Counted from the stretch's first letter, positions 27,465 through 42,436 are shown. The stretch is 64,000 bases of DNA from Eledone cirrhosa (GCA_964016885.1 OZ024743.1:55862001-55926000); one strand, 5' to 3'. The notes: generated from the sequence alone by a model not told the origin. A program made the numbers and translations.

Positions 27465-27935
27465 AGTTGTACTTGTCTGGCGAGTGACTTCATCTGAAAC
27501 GCTGTGTTGAAACTAAAGCAATTATATCGGGGAAGAGTCATTTTAGTCACAGTTGTACTTGTTTGGTACGTGACATGATCTGAGATCATGTGTTGAAATT
27601 AGAGCAATTATATCGCGGAAGAGTCATTTTAGTCACAGTTGTACTTGTCTGACAAAAGACATCATCTGAGACCGTGTGTTAAAATTAAGCAATTACATTA
27701 TGGAAGAGTCATTTTAACTACAGTTTGTATTTATCTGGTACGAGTCTTGAAAGGGTCATTTTGGCCACAGTTGTACTTGTCTAACAAGAGACATGATCTG
27801 AGACCCTTGTTGAAATTAAAGCAATTAAATTGTGGAAGAGTCATTTTGGTCACAGTTGTACTTGTCTGACAAAAGACTTGACCTGAGAGAATGTGTTAAA
27901 ATTAGAGCAATTACACCGTGGAAGAGTCATTTTAG
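27465..27935. repeat. ~86-bp degenerate minisatellite, ~5.5 copies
   Basis: agttgtacttgtc...ggaagagtcatttt recurs at 27465, 27551, 27637, 27722, 27769, 27854. Confidence 0.85.
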
Positions 27936-28199
27936 CAATTCAAAATCACACAAGAAGGTTTAAGTTCACCGTTTTCTACATGGACCTTTTCACAGTTTCA
28001 TTGCAAGTTACAACTGTTTTACAAGCACTCCCTTGTACATGGATAGCGTGACACACCTTGTGTATTATCTTTACTACTACACACCTGGAAAATCCGTCAA
28101 TGTGCCTTTGGTGTGGATATAGGCTGCAGTGTGTGTGTGTTTGTATGCGCGCGCGCGCGTGTGTGTGAGTGCGTGTGTGTTGTATGTGTATGTAAAGAA

Positions 28200-28480
28200 T
28201 CGTGGATTAGTGGTTAAGATGTTTGGCTCAGGATCGTAAGGTCGTGAGGCCGATTCCCGGCGGCACATTGTATCCTTCAGCAAGAAACTCATTCACCTTG
28301 TTTCCGTTAACTTGGCTGGTAAAAGTTAGTTGCATCTGTAAATCCAACGGTCAGCGATGACTCTCCCTCACCCTCCCAATGCCATGCTGAACTTCACTGA
28401 GAACTACGTTAGAGATACATGTATCTGTGAAATGTTCAGCCACTTGGGCTTAATTTCACAAGCACATGTCTCTGTTGACT
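28200..28480 (+). mobile_element. tRNA-derived SINE (second family)
   Basis: Box A-like gtggattagtggtt and box B-like ggccgattccc, followed by tgtatccttcagcaagaaact; related pieces at ~13450 and ~38655. Confidence 0.6.
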
Positions 28481-28943
28481 GAAATACATACATGCATACA
28501 AAAAATACATACATACATATATACACACATACACGATAGCTGTCCCCTCGTTATCGAGTATGGCCATTGCACGTTATACCATTATTGATAATTATTAATT
28601 AATTCTATCGTGCAATGCCTGTGCTTGAAGGTATTTTTTAAAGTGAGGAAAGAATGTGCACTGAGCCAATCTCACTCTCTGAGCGACAGTAGCTATAACC
28701 TGAAAAGAAGAAAAGATCAACATCATCGGTAACTACTGAGCCGCAGGTTTTATATCGGAGTTATCCCAGTTTCCTGAGTTGCCTTCTCCTAGAAGAATGC
28801 CCTGACAAAGGCTCGGTGTTTTTCACTCCCAGCGGTTTAACCGCGCGGTACATACATATATACATACACACACACACATACATACATACATACATACATA
28901 CATACATACATACATACATACATACATACATACATACATACAT

Positions 28944-29930
28944 CTGGAGGAGAGATATGGAATAAAGCCTGATATAAATCTCTGACCCAGAGGAATCGGA
29001 AGATCCTATTCAATGTTCAAACAAGATTAAAAAATTGACCAATTTACAGAAAAAGTTGTGCATGGATACTTGAAACGTAAAACATAGACCATAGAGGGGA
29101 TAAACCACTCAAAAAGACTGGCATGGAGTTCCGACAAGTTTATGACATCACACCTTGAGGGATATCTCTATGCAATACAGGAACAAGAACTCCCTACCAA
29201 AATATCTGCTGCACAAAAGAGGAGGGCCATCAGCTGACAATAAATGCAGGCTGTGTAAAACAAAGATCGAAGATGTAAGCCATATTATTGCCAGCTGCGA
29301 AAGAATGTCATCTCTCTACTACCTCCCCATGAGACATGATTGGATAGCTAGAACCATCTGGAACGCACTTCGGAAAATAAAATTTAAAACAAACGAGGAA
29401 GAATATATTGAGACAGATGGCACTAAAGAATACTGGTGGAACCTGAAAATAAAAACTGCCACCAAATTAAAGCACAACCGGCCTAATATTGTTGTTTGGG
29501 ACCACACGTTGAAAACGTGTTCTGTTGTGGAGATCAGCTGCCCACTTGATGTAAACGTTGTCAGAAAAATACAGGAGAAGGAGGACATCTACGGACCATT
29601 GATGAGGAGTTTACAAATCCAGTATCCAAGATACACCTTTAGCTTCATACCCATCATTATTGGAGCTGCGGGTTATATACCAACCTGCTTGGACCAATGT
29701 ATAACTGAACTTGGATTTGCGGACAAAGAGCGCAGCTCCCTAATTCATAGTCTACAAATAGCTGCGATAGCTGGCATCTTCAAAATTTGCAAAACATTCT
29801 TGCGATTCAAGGGATGACAATTTCTTTTCTTTTACAACCTTGCCACCAGGAAGGTGGCCGGTCAAAAATATACCCGAAATTAAGAGAAAGAAAGAACATA
29901 CATATATTACATACATACAAACATACAATA
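28944..29930 (+). mobile_element. 5'-truncated RLE non-LTR retrotransposon in (TACA)n
   Basis: ORF 29155-29817 carries CRLC..H....C, RHD, NRPNIVV..VVEISCP..K...Y (restriction-like endonuclease); TACA repeats at both ends. Confidence 0.85.
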
Positions 29931-30526
29931 CATGATGCTGCAACTCGATTTCGAGTAATGCCATCGCTTGATACTATGAATATTACGGACCTGGCGTTTT
30001 AATCTTGCTCGGGACTTGCCTACGCCAGCTACGTCACATATCAAGCGATGTCTGTGCCTGAAGCTTTTTTAAGTAAGGAAAGGCTTTTCACAGAGCCAAT
30101 CCTACTATCTGAACGTCGAATGCTTTTACCCAAATAGTAGAACTGATCTACATCATTGGATGCAAACGAAGTCACAGGTTTCATATCAGAGTGATCTTCT
30201 CCTAGAGAGATGTATTAATGAAGACGAATGGTCTCTCACTCCACTTCCCCACCCCACCCTAAAAAAAACTTTGTTAGAGGGCCGTTGACTCTCCTGAATT
30301 ACTCCGCCTTTTGACGGGTTTCGTCTTGATGTCCAAAATCACCCTCCTTGCCAAGCAAACTTGGTGGTGTTGCCGGTTGAGTCGCCGGCGACCTGACCAT
30401 ACACGGGTTGTACTGGGTTACATGTTACCAGTAACGCTGAAGAGCAACCTGACAAAACATACATACATACATACGTACATACATGCATGCATGCACAAGT
30501 ATTTATGTGTATATATATATATATAT

Positions 30527-30712
30527 AACGAAGGAAGTGTGATAAGGAACCAGGTGGACCATAACGCACCAGAGTATTCAATACTTTGGGTAGTAGAATG
30601 GGTAATAGGAAAATGTTCAAGACCCCGACGGCAGAGCTCAAGCCGTTTCGACGGCTATTTCCCATAGCCGTCGAAACGGCTTGAGCTCTGCCGTCGGGGT
30701 TTTGAACATTTG

Positions 30713-30715
<3 letters not shown>
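30527..30715. mobile_element. Family-B hairpin element
   Basis: Fold-back centred on ggctatttcccatagcc; flanked by (TA)n. Confidence 0.8.
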
Positions 30716-30747
<32 letters not shown>

Positions 30748-30750
<3 letters not shown>

Positions 30751-31173
30751 CTTAAAAAAGGGAATGAGAGTAAGAAGAAAACAAGAACGAGGGGGGGGGG
30801 AGTTTTCCTCGTCAGTTGTCTCCTGGAGGTCTCGGATATTTCAACGATTTAAAGACAATATATCTACCCCCAGGGCGTTCAATAACCGGGTAAGTTATTG
30901 GGAAAACGGAGGAGGGAGAGAAGGTAAAAGGGGAAAAGAGAAAACAGCGAAAAAAACAACAAACTGAAGAATGTGCAGCAACTGGAGAGAAAATCCATGA
31001 TCACAGGGGTAACAGAACATAAGTTCGAGAGCGTGTGATCGAACGAAAAAGGCGACTGACCCAAGCGAGTGTGAGTGAGAAAAAGACTGCTAGAAGGAGA
31101 CAACTGACGAGGAAAACATCCCCCTCCCCACCGTTCTTGCTTTCTTCTTACTCTCATTCCCTTTTTTAAGCCT
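30748..31173. mobile_element. Element with ~75-bp terminal inverted repeats
   Basis: aggcttaaaaaagggaatgagagtaagaagaaa...ttttcctcgtcagttgtctcc and its reverse complement at ~31097-31173; contains CTGACGA but no complete HHR. Confidence 0.7.
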
Positions 31174-31193
31174 AACTTAACTAGCAACTACAC

Positions 31194-31425
31194 AGTAGTT
31201 CCACAACAGTTAATTCACCATTTCCGAGAACAATTGTTTCACCTTAGTCGGATCATCAGCTCTGTTTAAATGAGATTTTACGGAAAAGGAAAAGCAATTA
31301 TACGTATAATTATACGTATAATTGCTTTACCTTTTCCGCATAATCTCATTCAAACCGAGCTGATGATCCGACTAAGGTGAAACAATTGTTCTCGGAAATG
31401 GTGAATTAACTGTTGTGGAACTACT
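31194..31425. mobile_element. 232-bp near-perfect palindrome carrying an HHR in each arm
   Basis: Centre 31309/31310 (tatacgtataattatacgtata). Confidence 0.85.
31355..31395 (+). ncRNA. Type I hammerhead ribozyme
   Basis: ccgag-CTGATGA-t cc gactaa gg t-GAAA-caattg-TT-ctcgg; perfect 5-bp stem I and palindromic stem III. Confidence 0.8.
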
Positions 31426-31492
31426 TCTACCAAACTCGTCCCATACACTGAGTGCTCTACAACTACGGATATAACCCATCAGTGTTCTATTA

Positions 31493-31557
<65 letters not shown>

Positions 31558-31954
31558 AACAGACATGTTCACGTGTACATGAGCTGTAATCCTTAGTACA
31601 AACCATTTGTCATCTTGTCGAACGATACATCAGAAATTATTTTAATGCTGACATAGAGCAGAAAATGAATTTAAATTAACTCTACTTCTGTTATCAAATA
31701 GACAATTTCCTTCTGTATTCTTCTCTATAATTGATTAATGGAGTTTGGCCAAATTCCAGGGATTGTTAAGATTCTCAGCTCTACAAGACTAGCACCGTTT
31801 TCTTGCTTAGCACTGACAATGGAATGTCACTACCAGATTAAACGGTATTTAACAGAGAAATTTATGATCAGCCGACAAACTTGTATAATTTTAATCAGAT
31901 AAATCGTCTTGATGTCATTTAGATTAGAACTATCATACTGACATATTAGAGTTA

Positions 31955-32926
<972 letters not shown>

Positions 32927-32997
32927 TATATATACATATTTTAATATATATATATATATATATTAAAATAATAATAATAATGATAATAATAATAATA

Positions 32998-33510
32998 ACA
33001 CATTCTGAGAAATGGTATGAGCATAGGCCAGAGGCGGTGATGGAGAACAGTCAGGTGAAGGTGCTGTGGGATTTTAGGATACAGACGGACAAAAAACTGG
33101 AACACAATAGACCTGACCTGGTGGTTGTGGACAAAGAAAAAAGATCGTGCCTGATTGTGGATGTGGCCTGCCCGTTCGACACGAGAGTGCAAGAGAAGGA
33201 GAGGGAGAAGATTAACCGATACCAGGACCTAAAGTGGGAGGTGAAAAGGATTTGGAACTGCCATGAAGTCAAAGTGATCCCGATTGTCATAGGCGCACTG
33301 GGGACTATCTCCAAAGGTTTCCAGGGATGGTTAAAGAAAATCGGCCCCTTCACGCTTTTTGGAACGCTTCAAAAGGCATGCTTGCTTGGAACAGCAAGAA
33401 CCCTCCGATACGTCCTGAATATCTGAGGCTGCAGGTAGTGGCTTGATATTCAATCCAACGGACTTTCCAGTTAACCAACATCAATGACTGATATTCAAGG
33501 AATAACAATA
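32998..33510 (+). mobile_element. R4/Dong-like RLE retrotransposon 3' fragment in (TAA)n
   Basis: WDFRIQTDKKLEHNRPDLVV..IVDVACP..EKINRYQDL..PIVIGALG; TAA repeats at both ends. Confidence 0.85.
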
Positions 33511-33512
33511 AC

Positions 33513-33543
<31 letters not shown>

Positions 33544-33544
33544 T

Positions 33545-34380
33545 ATCCCTTCATAGTACGTTCTTTAAGAAAACTGAATTTAGAGATCCACAGACATGGA
33601 ACTGGTTAAAAAGAGGAGACCTTAAAAAAAATCAGAAGGAATGCTAATGGCTGCGCAAGAGCAGGCTCTCAGAACGAAGTGGGTGAAACACCATATTTAC
33701 AAGGAGGAGGCTAGTCCACTGTGTAGGTTTTGTGGAGAGAGAGAGGAGACTGTGGCTCACTTTGTATCCGAGTGTAAACACCTAGCCCAGACTCACTATA
33801 AAGGCTGGAGACATGATGTGATAGGCAGGGTGATCCATCTATGCAAAGTAAACAATTTACCACATTCTGAGAAGTGGTATGAGCATAAGCCAGAGTCGGT
33901 GATAGAAAACGATCAAGTAAAGGTTCTATGGGATTTTAGAATACAGACGGACAAGAAATTAGAACACAATAAGCCTGATCTGGTGGTTTTGGACAAGGAA
34001 AAGGATCGTGCCTGATTGTAGATGTAGCCTGCCCATTTGACACGAGAGTGCAAGAAAAGGAGAGAGAGAAAATTAACCGATACCAGGACTTAAAGTGGGA
34101 GTTAAAAAGGATTTGGAAGTGCCATGAAGTCAAAGTGGTCCCGATTGTCATAGGCGCACTAGGTACTATCTCAAAAGGTTTCCAGGGATGGTTAAAGAAA
34201 ATTGGCCCCGCCCCGCTTTTTGGAACGCTACAAAATGCATGCTTGCTGGGAACAGCAAGAAACCTCCGATACGTTCTGAATATCTGAGGCTGCAGGTAGT
34301 GGCTTGATATTCATTTCAACAAAATTTCCAGTTAACTAACATCAATGACTGAGACTCAATGAACAATAGTAATAATAATA
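33545..34380 (+). mobile_element. R4/Dong-like RLE retrotransposon 3' fragment (same family, frameshifted)
   Basis: AAQEQALRT, CRFC..ETVAH..SEC, RHD, KPDLVV; 3' UTR matches the previous copy; TAA tail. Confidence 0.85.
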
Positions 34381-34575
34381 ATAATAATAAAATTGTTTCT
34401 ACTTTTGGCACAAGGCCAGCAATTACCCAGTACATTACTGGTACTTTATTTTATCGACCCCGTAAGGATAAAAGGCCATGTTGACCTCGGCGGGATTTGA
34501 ACTCAGATCGTAAAGGGACGTAACTACGCTGGAAAGCATGTCGGACCCTCTACCAATACTGCCAATTCACCGCTC

Positions 34576-34656
<81 letters not shown>

Positions 34657-34657
<1 letters not shown>

Positions 34658-35450
34658 TGATTATATCGGCACAAGATCAGTGTCTGCCAACAAAAAATTA
34701 CCAAGCCAACATAATAAAAAATGGGTGCAGCCCATTATGCTGTGTATGCAATAAACAACCAGAGACCATTGACCATATAATTTCAATGTGCAGTCCTATA
34801 GCTCCAACCGAATACCTAAACAGGCATGACAGAGCTGCACAATACATACATTGGATAATGTGTAAGCATTTTGACCTGCCCCATCAAAAGAATTGGTGGG
34901 AGCATCAACCACCTCCCATACTTGAAAAAGATCACATCTCAATCTTGTGGAACTTTAGCATCCAAACAGACCGAAAAATAGATGCAAACAGACCTGATAT
35001 AATATTGAAAGACTTTCAAAAGAGGGTATGCCTGCTAATTGATATGTCTGTTCCAACAGACAAGAATGTATCTATAAAAACATTTGAAAAATTGAGCAAG
35101 TATAAGGACCTGGAGATAGAAATTGGAAAAATGTGGAAATTGAGAACTAAAACAATACCAGTGGTTGTAGGCGCTCTGGGAATGATACCTAAGGGGTCTA
35201 ATGATTACATATCGCAAATCCCAGGAAACCCGCGTATAGGAGAAATACAAAAGATAGTACTAATGGGAACAGCCCATATACTAAGGAAGATTCTGTCAAT
35301 ATAAGTACATCACAAGTCTAAACACTAAAGATGCATGTGTGAATATGTATGTTCTTTCTTGAACATGGCGGACCTTGTTGTCTCTTGAGGTCACTGGTTG
35401 TGACTTGGTGATGTATGAACATAAAGCAAGATAAATGCAACTGTAATAAT
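34657..35450 (+). mobile_element. R4/Dong-like RLE retrotransposon 3' fragment (second family)
   Basis: AQDQCL, RHD, NRPDIIL..LIDMSVP..EKLSKYKDL..PVVVGALG; embedded in (TAA)n. Confidence 0.85.
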
Positions 35451-35501
35451 AATAATAATAATAATAATAAATCGAATATATATCACTATAGCATCATTAT
35501 T

Positions 35502-35561
35502 TATTTCGTTATATATATTTCAGGGATGCTAAATCATAGCATACCTTCTTCAGACAAAATA
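35502..35561 (-). ncRNA. Hammerhead ribozyme (family A) downstream of the Naiad-type ORF
   Basis: Minus strand tattttgt-CTGAAGA-agg tatgcta tgatt tagcat ccct-GAAA-tatata-TA-acgaaata. Confidence 0.8.
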
Positions 35562-36206
35562 CAATATTAGAGGTATAAAGTGTTATGTGACATACTCGTA
35601 AAAGAGACCGCAAGCGATGAATTCAAAACGGGTATGTGATTCAAAATCTCAAAATTTCCTAGGATGTAAAGATATTGGGAAATATGAAAATAAATAAATA
35701 AATAAATAATAAGGACAGTTAAATTAGACGTTTCATATTTTTTTTAAAATAGCGTAATAAGATTGGTCAGAAAAAAACAGTTTGATGCTTACATCTTATT
35801 CCCAAGCGGAGAGATATATATAGATATAGATATACATACACAAATATATATATATACATACGCTTATATATATCTATATATAGATCGAGATAAATATCTT
35901 ATATTCTAATGTTACGAAAAAATAAAGGTATATTTTATATATATTGTATTTACATAAGTAAATAAACAAACAAAGATAAAGAACTCAGATTAATTATAAT
36001 AACAATTATATTATTTTAAAAATTTATTATTGGGGCCTATAATGTAAGCATAATATATATATTATGTCAAGGAATATAAAAAATGACATTTATTATGTTG
36101 TTACGATATATATATGTATATATCTAAGAAAACCCGTAATTTTAATTATATATCTATATATAGATAACTATTAAATCAATCATACAAATAAAACAAATAA
36201 ATAAAT

Positions 36207-37680
36207 TTAGCTATATATTTTGTGAAATGATCTGGAAATGTTGTGCAATCAGGCGCTAAATATCTCTGTTCTTTTATTGATAATAGATTTTGTATTACTA
36301 ATAATATGAAGAATTTCAGTATTACAGAGATTACAATATTTAGAAATAGAAGACTTTACATATGGCGAGGCGTTAACCAGCTTATGCCAAGATAATGAGT
36401 AATCTATGTTTTTGTTTCTTAGAGACCATATCAACTGAGATAGGGGAGTCGAGAATTTCTTATCCATTATTTTAAAAGTATGCGTATGGTTATACCAACT
36501 TTCCTTAAATTTAGATGAAGTGGCACCTATATAGTTATACGACTTATCATTAGTTTTAACAATGTATTTATACACTAGATACGGTCAAGGCAGTTATTTA
36601 ACGGGCACGATAGACTGTTCTTACAATTACAATTCTTTGTGCTATTATTTGATGATAGAGCTCTACTATTAAGATGTATGCTATTATTATTGCTTGTGCT
36701 ATTATCAATATTACTACTGTTAGTGTTGGGGGTTATTTCTATTTGATTCATTTTAAGATTTCTATTATTAATTTTTGCTATATTTTGGGCGATATTCATA
36801 GTTGTTGAGTATGATAGTTTGATGTATGTCTGTTAAATATCTGGTAATATTTATGGGTTCTAGGGAAACATTTATTGAGAGCGCGAAAGAACTGTTGTGC
36901 TAACCTGGTTTTGATTCCTAAAGATAGTGGTGGAGAGTGCCATAAAATAGAACGGGATCTGGCTTTTCTATTCGATTTGTTATTTTTGTTTATATGTAAG
37001 TTATGCTGGTTATAAGGGTGATTTATGTTATTAATATTAGAGGAATTATTTTCTTTATAATAAGGGGTATAATTATCCTTATCTATGTAACTAATTTTAT
37101 TAGAGTAGCCTGCTCTATGTAGGGCCTCATTATAGTATTCTGCCTTATTGTCAAATATATCTTTATTAGCGGAGAGTCTAGAAAGTCTAAGCTGAACACT
37201 AATAACTATAGCTTTCTTAACGTTTTTAGGGTGGTTAGAATAGAAACTAACATAGTTTAGGTTTTCATTTAATTTATGGAATGGGTAGTGTAGGCCAGAT
37301 TTAAGATTTAAGATAATGTCTAGGAAATTGACTATTTTATTATGTTTTTCGATTTCTAGTTTAAGGCCATAATTATTAAAGAATTCAATTATAATTTTCT
37401 TTTTCATATTAAGGGCACTTTACTATGGTTATTTACTATAAAAAAAGTGCATCATCACGATATAAACCTCCAGCAATTTCCGGAAATTTTCTATGTATAG
37501 TGTTAAAGATGAAAATACCAACGAGGTCCGTAACCTGAGCTGAGTCCGAGGATCCCATAGTAATATCAAAATTTCCAGGTCTATCAGTGCTGGTCCAAAG
37601 ATCACGATTAAATTCAATAAGGGGTTTTCTCGCCGTCAAGATAGTGCTTATTTCATCGCTTGATAGATCTGTGTGTTTTG
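36207..37680 (-). pseudogene. Naiad-type Penelope-like RT + GIY-YIG, 5'-truncated and frameshifted
   Basis: FDITMGSSDSAQVTDLVG, GLYRDD, VNFLDI, SNHP, CNC...CPL..C, VYK..YIGAT...YNH, CNLC..E, NKRTEIFS. Confidence 0.85.
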
Positions 37681-38095
37681 ATGTTTATATATATATATAT
37701 ATATAACAAAATTTGTTTTCGCTCTTAATGTGGTGGATACCTAAATGTATTCATGAGTGAATAATAATAATATTATGATAATATCATATTATTATTATTC
37801 GGTTTGTTTACGAGCAAACAACCTCATAAAATACATGTGGCAATTGTTTTCGGAGTGTCTAGCTCCTTGTCAACATTATGTATTCTCCTTTCTTGCTACC
37901 CGCTGGAACTGTTAAGAATTCATAGTATTCTCAAATGTATACATCCGCTGATTAACCTCATTTACATACCGAGCGATTTTCGGCTGACTGTTTTTTTTTC
38001 AGCTCCCGCTGGGACAAAAGCATGACGTTGACATCTACCACGTGGTGTTTTATGAGGCTGTTTACTTGTAATAATATTATCATAATATCATTAAT

Positions 38096-38185
<90 letters not shown>

Positions 38186-38269
38186 TGAAATAGAATAGAA
38201 GCGGGCCGTAACATCATCGTCAACATTTCCCATTTGTGGAATGCTCAGCCACTTACACATTTAAGTGAA

Positions 38270-38582
38270 AGCGCGTTACTTCGGGATTAGGGTATTTTAG
38301 AAAAAGCACCCAGTCCACACTATAAGGTGGTCGTGCTGGTGACACGAAAAAAAGTGCCCAGTCTAGTCGGTGAGGTGGTCGATTTGGTGCCACAATAGTC
38401 CACACTATAACTTGGTTGGTATTAAGAAGGGCACACAGCAGTAGGAACCAAGCCAAAATACAGATCAGTATGAGCATGGTCTCCAGGCCTGACTTGTCAC
38501 ATAACGTGACAACCCGTTTAATCTATGCAAGCGTGTAAAATGGATGTTAATCGGTGATGATGATGATGACAACGACGACGAC

Positions 38583-38622
<40 letters not shown>

Positions 38623-38640
38623 TTGACGATGATGATGATC
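38270..38640 (+). mobile_element. SINE with (GAT)n tail
   Basis: ggttggtattaagaagggcacacagcagtaggaac...aaatggatgttaa followed by (GAT)n. Confidence 0.55.
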
Positions 38641-39225
38641 ATGATTATCGTATGTTCGGGAGTCCGATTCTCGCGAGCATGATACTTTATTTCAAGTTTT
38701 TCCAGTCACCCCACCCCAAATAGCTGCACCTGTAATTCAAAGGGCTACCCTTGTCATACACACTGTGTCTCTCCGAAACCTCTCTGAAAACTACGTTATG
38801 GTACACACACGCGTCTGTGGTATTCTCAGCTACTAGCTAGTTAATTTCACGAGCAGGCTGATCCAGTTTTTGAACAAGTAGAATACACGTTGTGGGAAGC
38901 GACGTAGTCTATACATGACACACGCATCATAATCTAATTTACTGCCAAAGTTAACAAATGATATGTGACTAAATCATTGTTAGCGAGCGCATTTCGCTTG
39001 CATAGAATTTATAACATCTATTAGACAACATATTTCCAATGGGACATGCTTAAATCATTACATTCAATATGGCTTTAAATGTTGTATCATATAACAGCAA
39101 AAGTGAAGAGTTAAATATAAATAAAGATAAATGGAAAAATGACGCTGATTAGAAGACATTTTGACAGAATAAACAGTTCTGCGTAGTCTACACACTCTAA
39201 CAAACAAACCGTCACACACACACAC

Positions 39226-39291
<66 letters not shown>

Positions 39292-40068
39292 ATATATATT
39301 AATATAAATATATGAAACATATATGAATGTGTGTAAATATATGCATACGTACACCAACATACACACACATACATATATATATAAGTTATGAAACGAAAGG
39401 AGCTGTGTGGTTACTAAAAACAAGGTTTAGGATGGTGGTTAGGAAGGAACAGGAAGAGAAAGGAAGAAAGGAGTTTCCCGAACCGATGTTTTATTAATCA
39501 AAAGACCAGGTGGAAAAGGAGAGAGAAAGAGAGAAAAAAAGGAGAGAGAAAAGGAAAGAGAGGAAAAGGAGGAACAACAGGGGAGGGGGGAGAGATGAGG
39601 AGAGAGGAAGAAGGGGAAAAAATAGGAAAGGTATAGAAGAAGTATACAGGTCCCATCGTGGGAAGACACAGGTGGAAGAAACATACAAAAAAGTAACCGT
39701 GGAAAAATAGGGAAAGTAAGTTGTGGCCAACCTGGGAGACATTAGCCTGGTGGTCAGCTACGACTCAGAGCTGGTATAATCGTGCTGCCTCTCACATAGA
39801 CAGGAGAAAGTGAGAGAGAGACACGGGCAACCAAATGTGAGGAGGGGAAGAGAAAGGGAGATAATCCAGAAGGTTTTTTTTACGACGGTGTTAAAAACGT
39901 GCCGCAAAGATTGCGGAGAGAGAGGCCACCACGGCACGTGTAAACACGTCAACAATCAAAACCGAACCGATGGATAGAGAGAGAGAGAGAGAAGGAGAGA
40001 GAAAAAAACATATATATATATATATATACGATATTAACAAATGGAAACTATATTTATAAAACCATATT

Positions 40069-40133
40069 TATTTTATTATACATATTTCAAGGATACCATG
40101 TTAAATTATGGTATGCTTTCATCAGACAAAATA
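40069..40133 (-). ncRNA. Hammerhead ribozyme (family A)
   Basis: Minus strand tattttgt-CTGATGA-aag cataccata attt aacatggtat cctt-GAAA-tatgta-TA-ataaaata. Confidence 0.75.
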
Positions 40134-40209
40134 CAATATATACCAGTTTTATAAATAAATATTGACATACCCTTACAAAATGCAACCGTTACTTTTATAT
40201 ATATGTATA

Positions 40210-40314
<105 letters not shown>

Positions 40315-41627
40315 TATACAATTATCAAAGTTCTGTTTAAATCATTTAATAGCTGACAATCGTTTCTTCCTTCCAAACTCTCGTTTGGAGTCATCGGAGC
40401 ATTATCAATGTTTGCACATATAATTACCCTCCTATCCAACTGAACAATAATATAGATATATATAAATTGATCTTGTGAGCAACAGTTTCGTATTTACAGG
40501 GTGGAATGGATGTGACATATATTTTACGAGAATTGTACAATAATTGTACAAACATTCAAGTTCAAATTCAAATTCAAATTCAAATTAAAATCAAAATCAA
40601 AATCAAAAGCACGGAGTGGAATACATGCAACAGTTAAAACAAGGGAATAGTCCAAATATTAAGGAAGCATTGAGGAAGCAGTTTTGAGAAAGGAAGAGTC
40701 CGATAACAATTCATATGCAGGCGTGTGGATAGTGTGACTGCGTAAGTCATATACATGAGAAGGAGATAAGTAAAGCTATTATGCATATATAGATGAATAA
40801 ATACTGCAGTTGAAGCAAATATGTTAATGTATTAGAGTCTATGGTGGGTGTTGAATGTTGATGGTGTTCGAATTAATGTGTGTTGAGAAACATACAGTTT
40901 TTGCATACTTTTCCATGACATATGTTGAATTAAATTTCAGTTTATATTGAGTGTTTTAAGTTAGTTAGAGCAATGGATTGTAAATTAATCTTAATGAATT
41001 CATATTCATAGACTATATTTGATCAACTGTTAAATGTTCAATCGTTAGTTTCCGGAAGTGAATAAGGGGAGCTAATGCGTAAGGGGAGGTAACTAGCTAA
41101 TTAAGTTCAATTCAGTTATTAAAATTCTTTGTTCTAATACACAATATAATGTGATACCATTGGATCTCTGTTACATAACCCTGTATATTTATGCCTGATT
41201 TTAAATACAGTGTATTCTACTATCATACATTACATTAAAGGTTTCTTTAGATTGTTATCTATTCATTACTGGACAAGGTATATGTTATGAAGGATTATAC
41301 AGCTGTTAATATGTCATAGTAGATATGCCATATGTGCAATAATATATTCCCTAATATAGAATGCTATTACATTATATATTTAATTATAAGTGTATATATA
41401 CTTCATTACTATTATGTTGTGTAATTTAAGCATTTAATTATACAATTACAAATGCACACATAGTTTATCATCACACATTACATTAAATTTGTGTTGTTTT
41501 ACAATGGTCAGTAGGTCTCGTAGAGCCCGATGCTTGCTAAATTTTGTTTCGCACGTCGTACTCACTGTAGGTGATGTCAAGCTTTCTGAAGCATCTCATC
41601 TCCATAGCCTGTATCCTTTTTTATCTT

Positions 41628-42018
41628 CTACTAGCAGTGGTACCCGGCGTTGCACGGGATAAGGTATTTTGGAACGCGGATCGCCAACAGACCTAATCGT
41701 GGCAAAACTGCATCCCTGGACAATATGTAAAGAAAATTATCAGAATAATGGCTGGATAATCTTTAAGATTTTCCTCGATGAAGCTGAAAAAAATGAAGTT
41801 TTTCACCTAATGCGGGTCCTAGGCCATAATAAAGTTGGATTTTCTTTGCTCACGGTAAGAAGAAGAGACTAATACAGAGTTACAATTTCAAGGAAATCGG
41901 TTTTTCCTAGGGGATCAAAAAGTTGAATTTTTTTATGTCCATAACACTCCCTGAAACATAAGTAATACACATTTGAAAAAAGTCGGTTGGGTACTTCTCG
42001 AGTTTTTAGGGATTCAAA

Positions 42019-42093
<75 letters not shown>

Positions 42094-42363
42094 ACACACA
42101 CAGACATCCTCAGGGAAACCGTAATGCAGACAGCCAGACATACAGACAGATATTATAAGGGCGCGACGTTATATGTATGTATCTATCTAAAAAGAGAAAG
42201 ACTAAGAATTATAGAGAGAGATCGCTAAATCGCCTAATGCGATCCCTAAGGCATTGAAAATTTGAAATCTGTTTTGCTCAGAACACTCCCTGAAACATAA
42301 GTATTACATGTGCAAGGTTTGAAAACAGTCGGTTGGGTGCTTCTCGGGATTTAGGGATTCAGA

Positions 42364-42436
<73 letters not shown>

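Noticed and set aside
27465-27935. Decayed C2H2 zinc-finger array
   Set aside because: The period is ~86 bp rather than 84, and there is no C-x2-C/H-x3-H or TGEKP pattern.
40351-40400. Functional HHR on the minus strand
   Set aside because: The core reads CCGATGA and there are extra bases before GAAA; probably a decayed relic.
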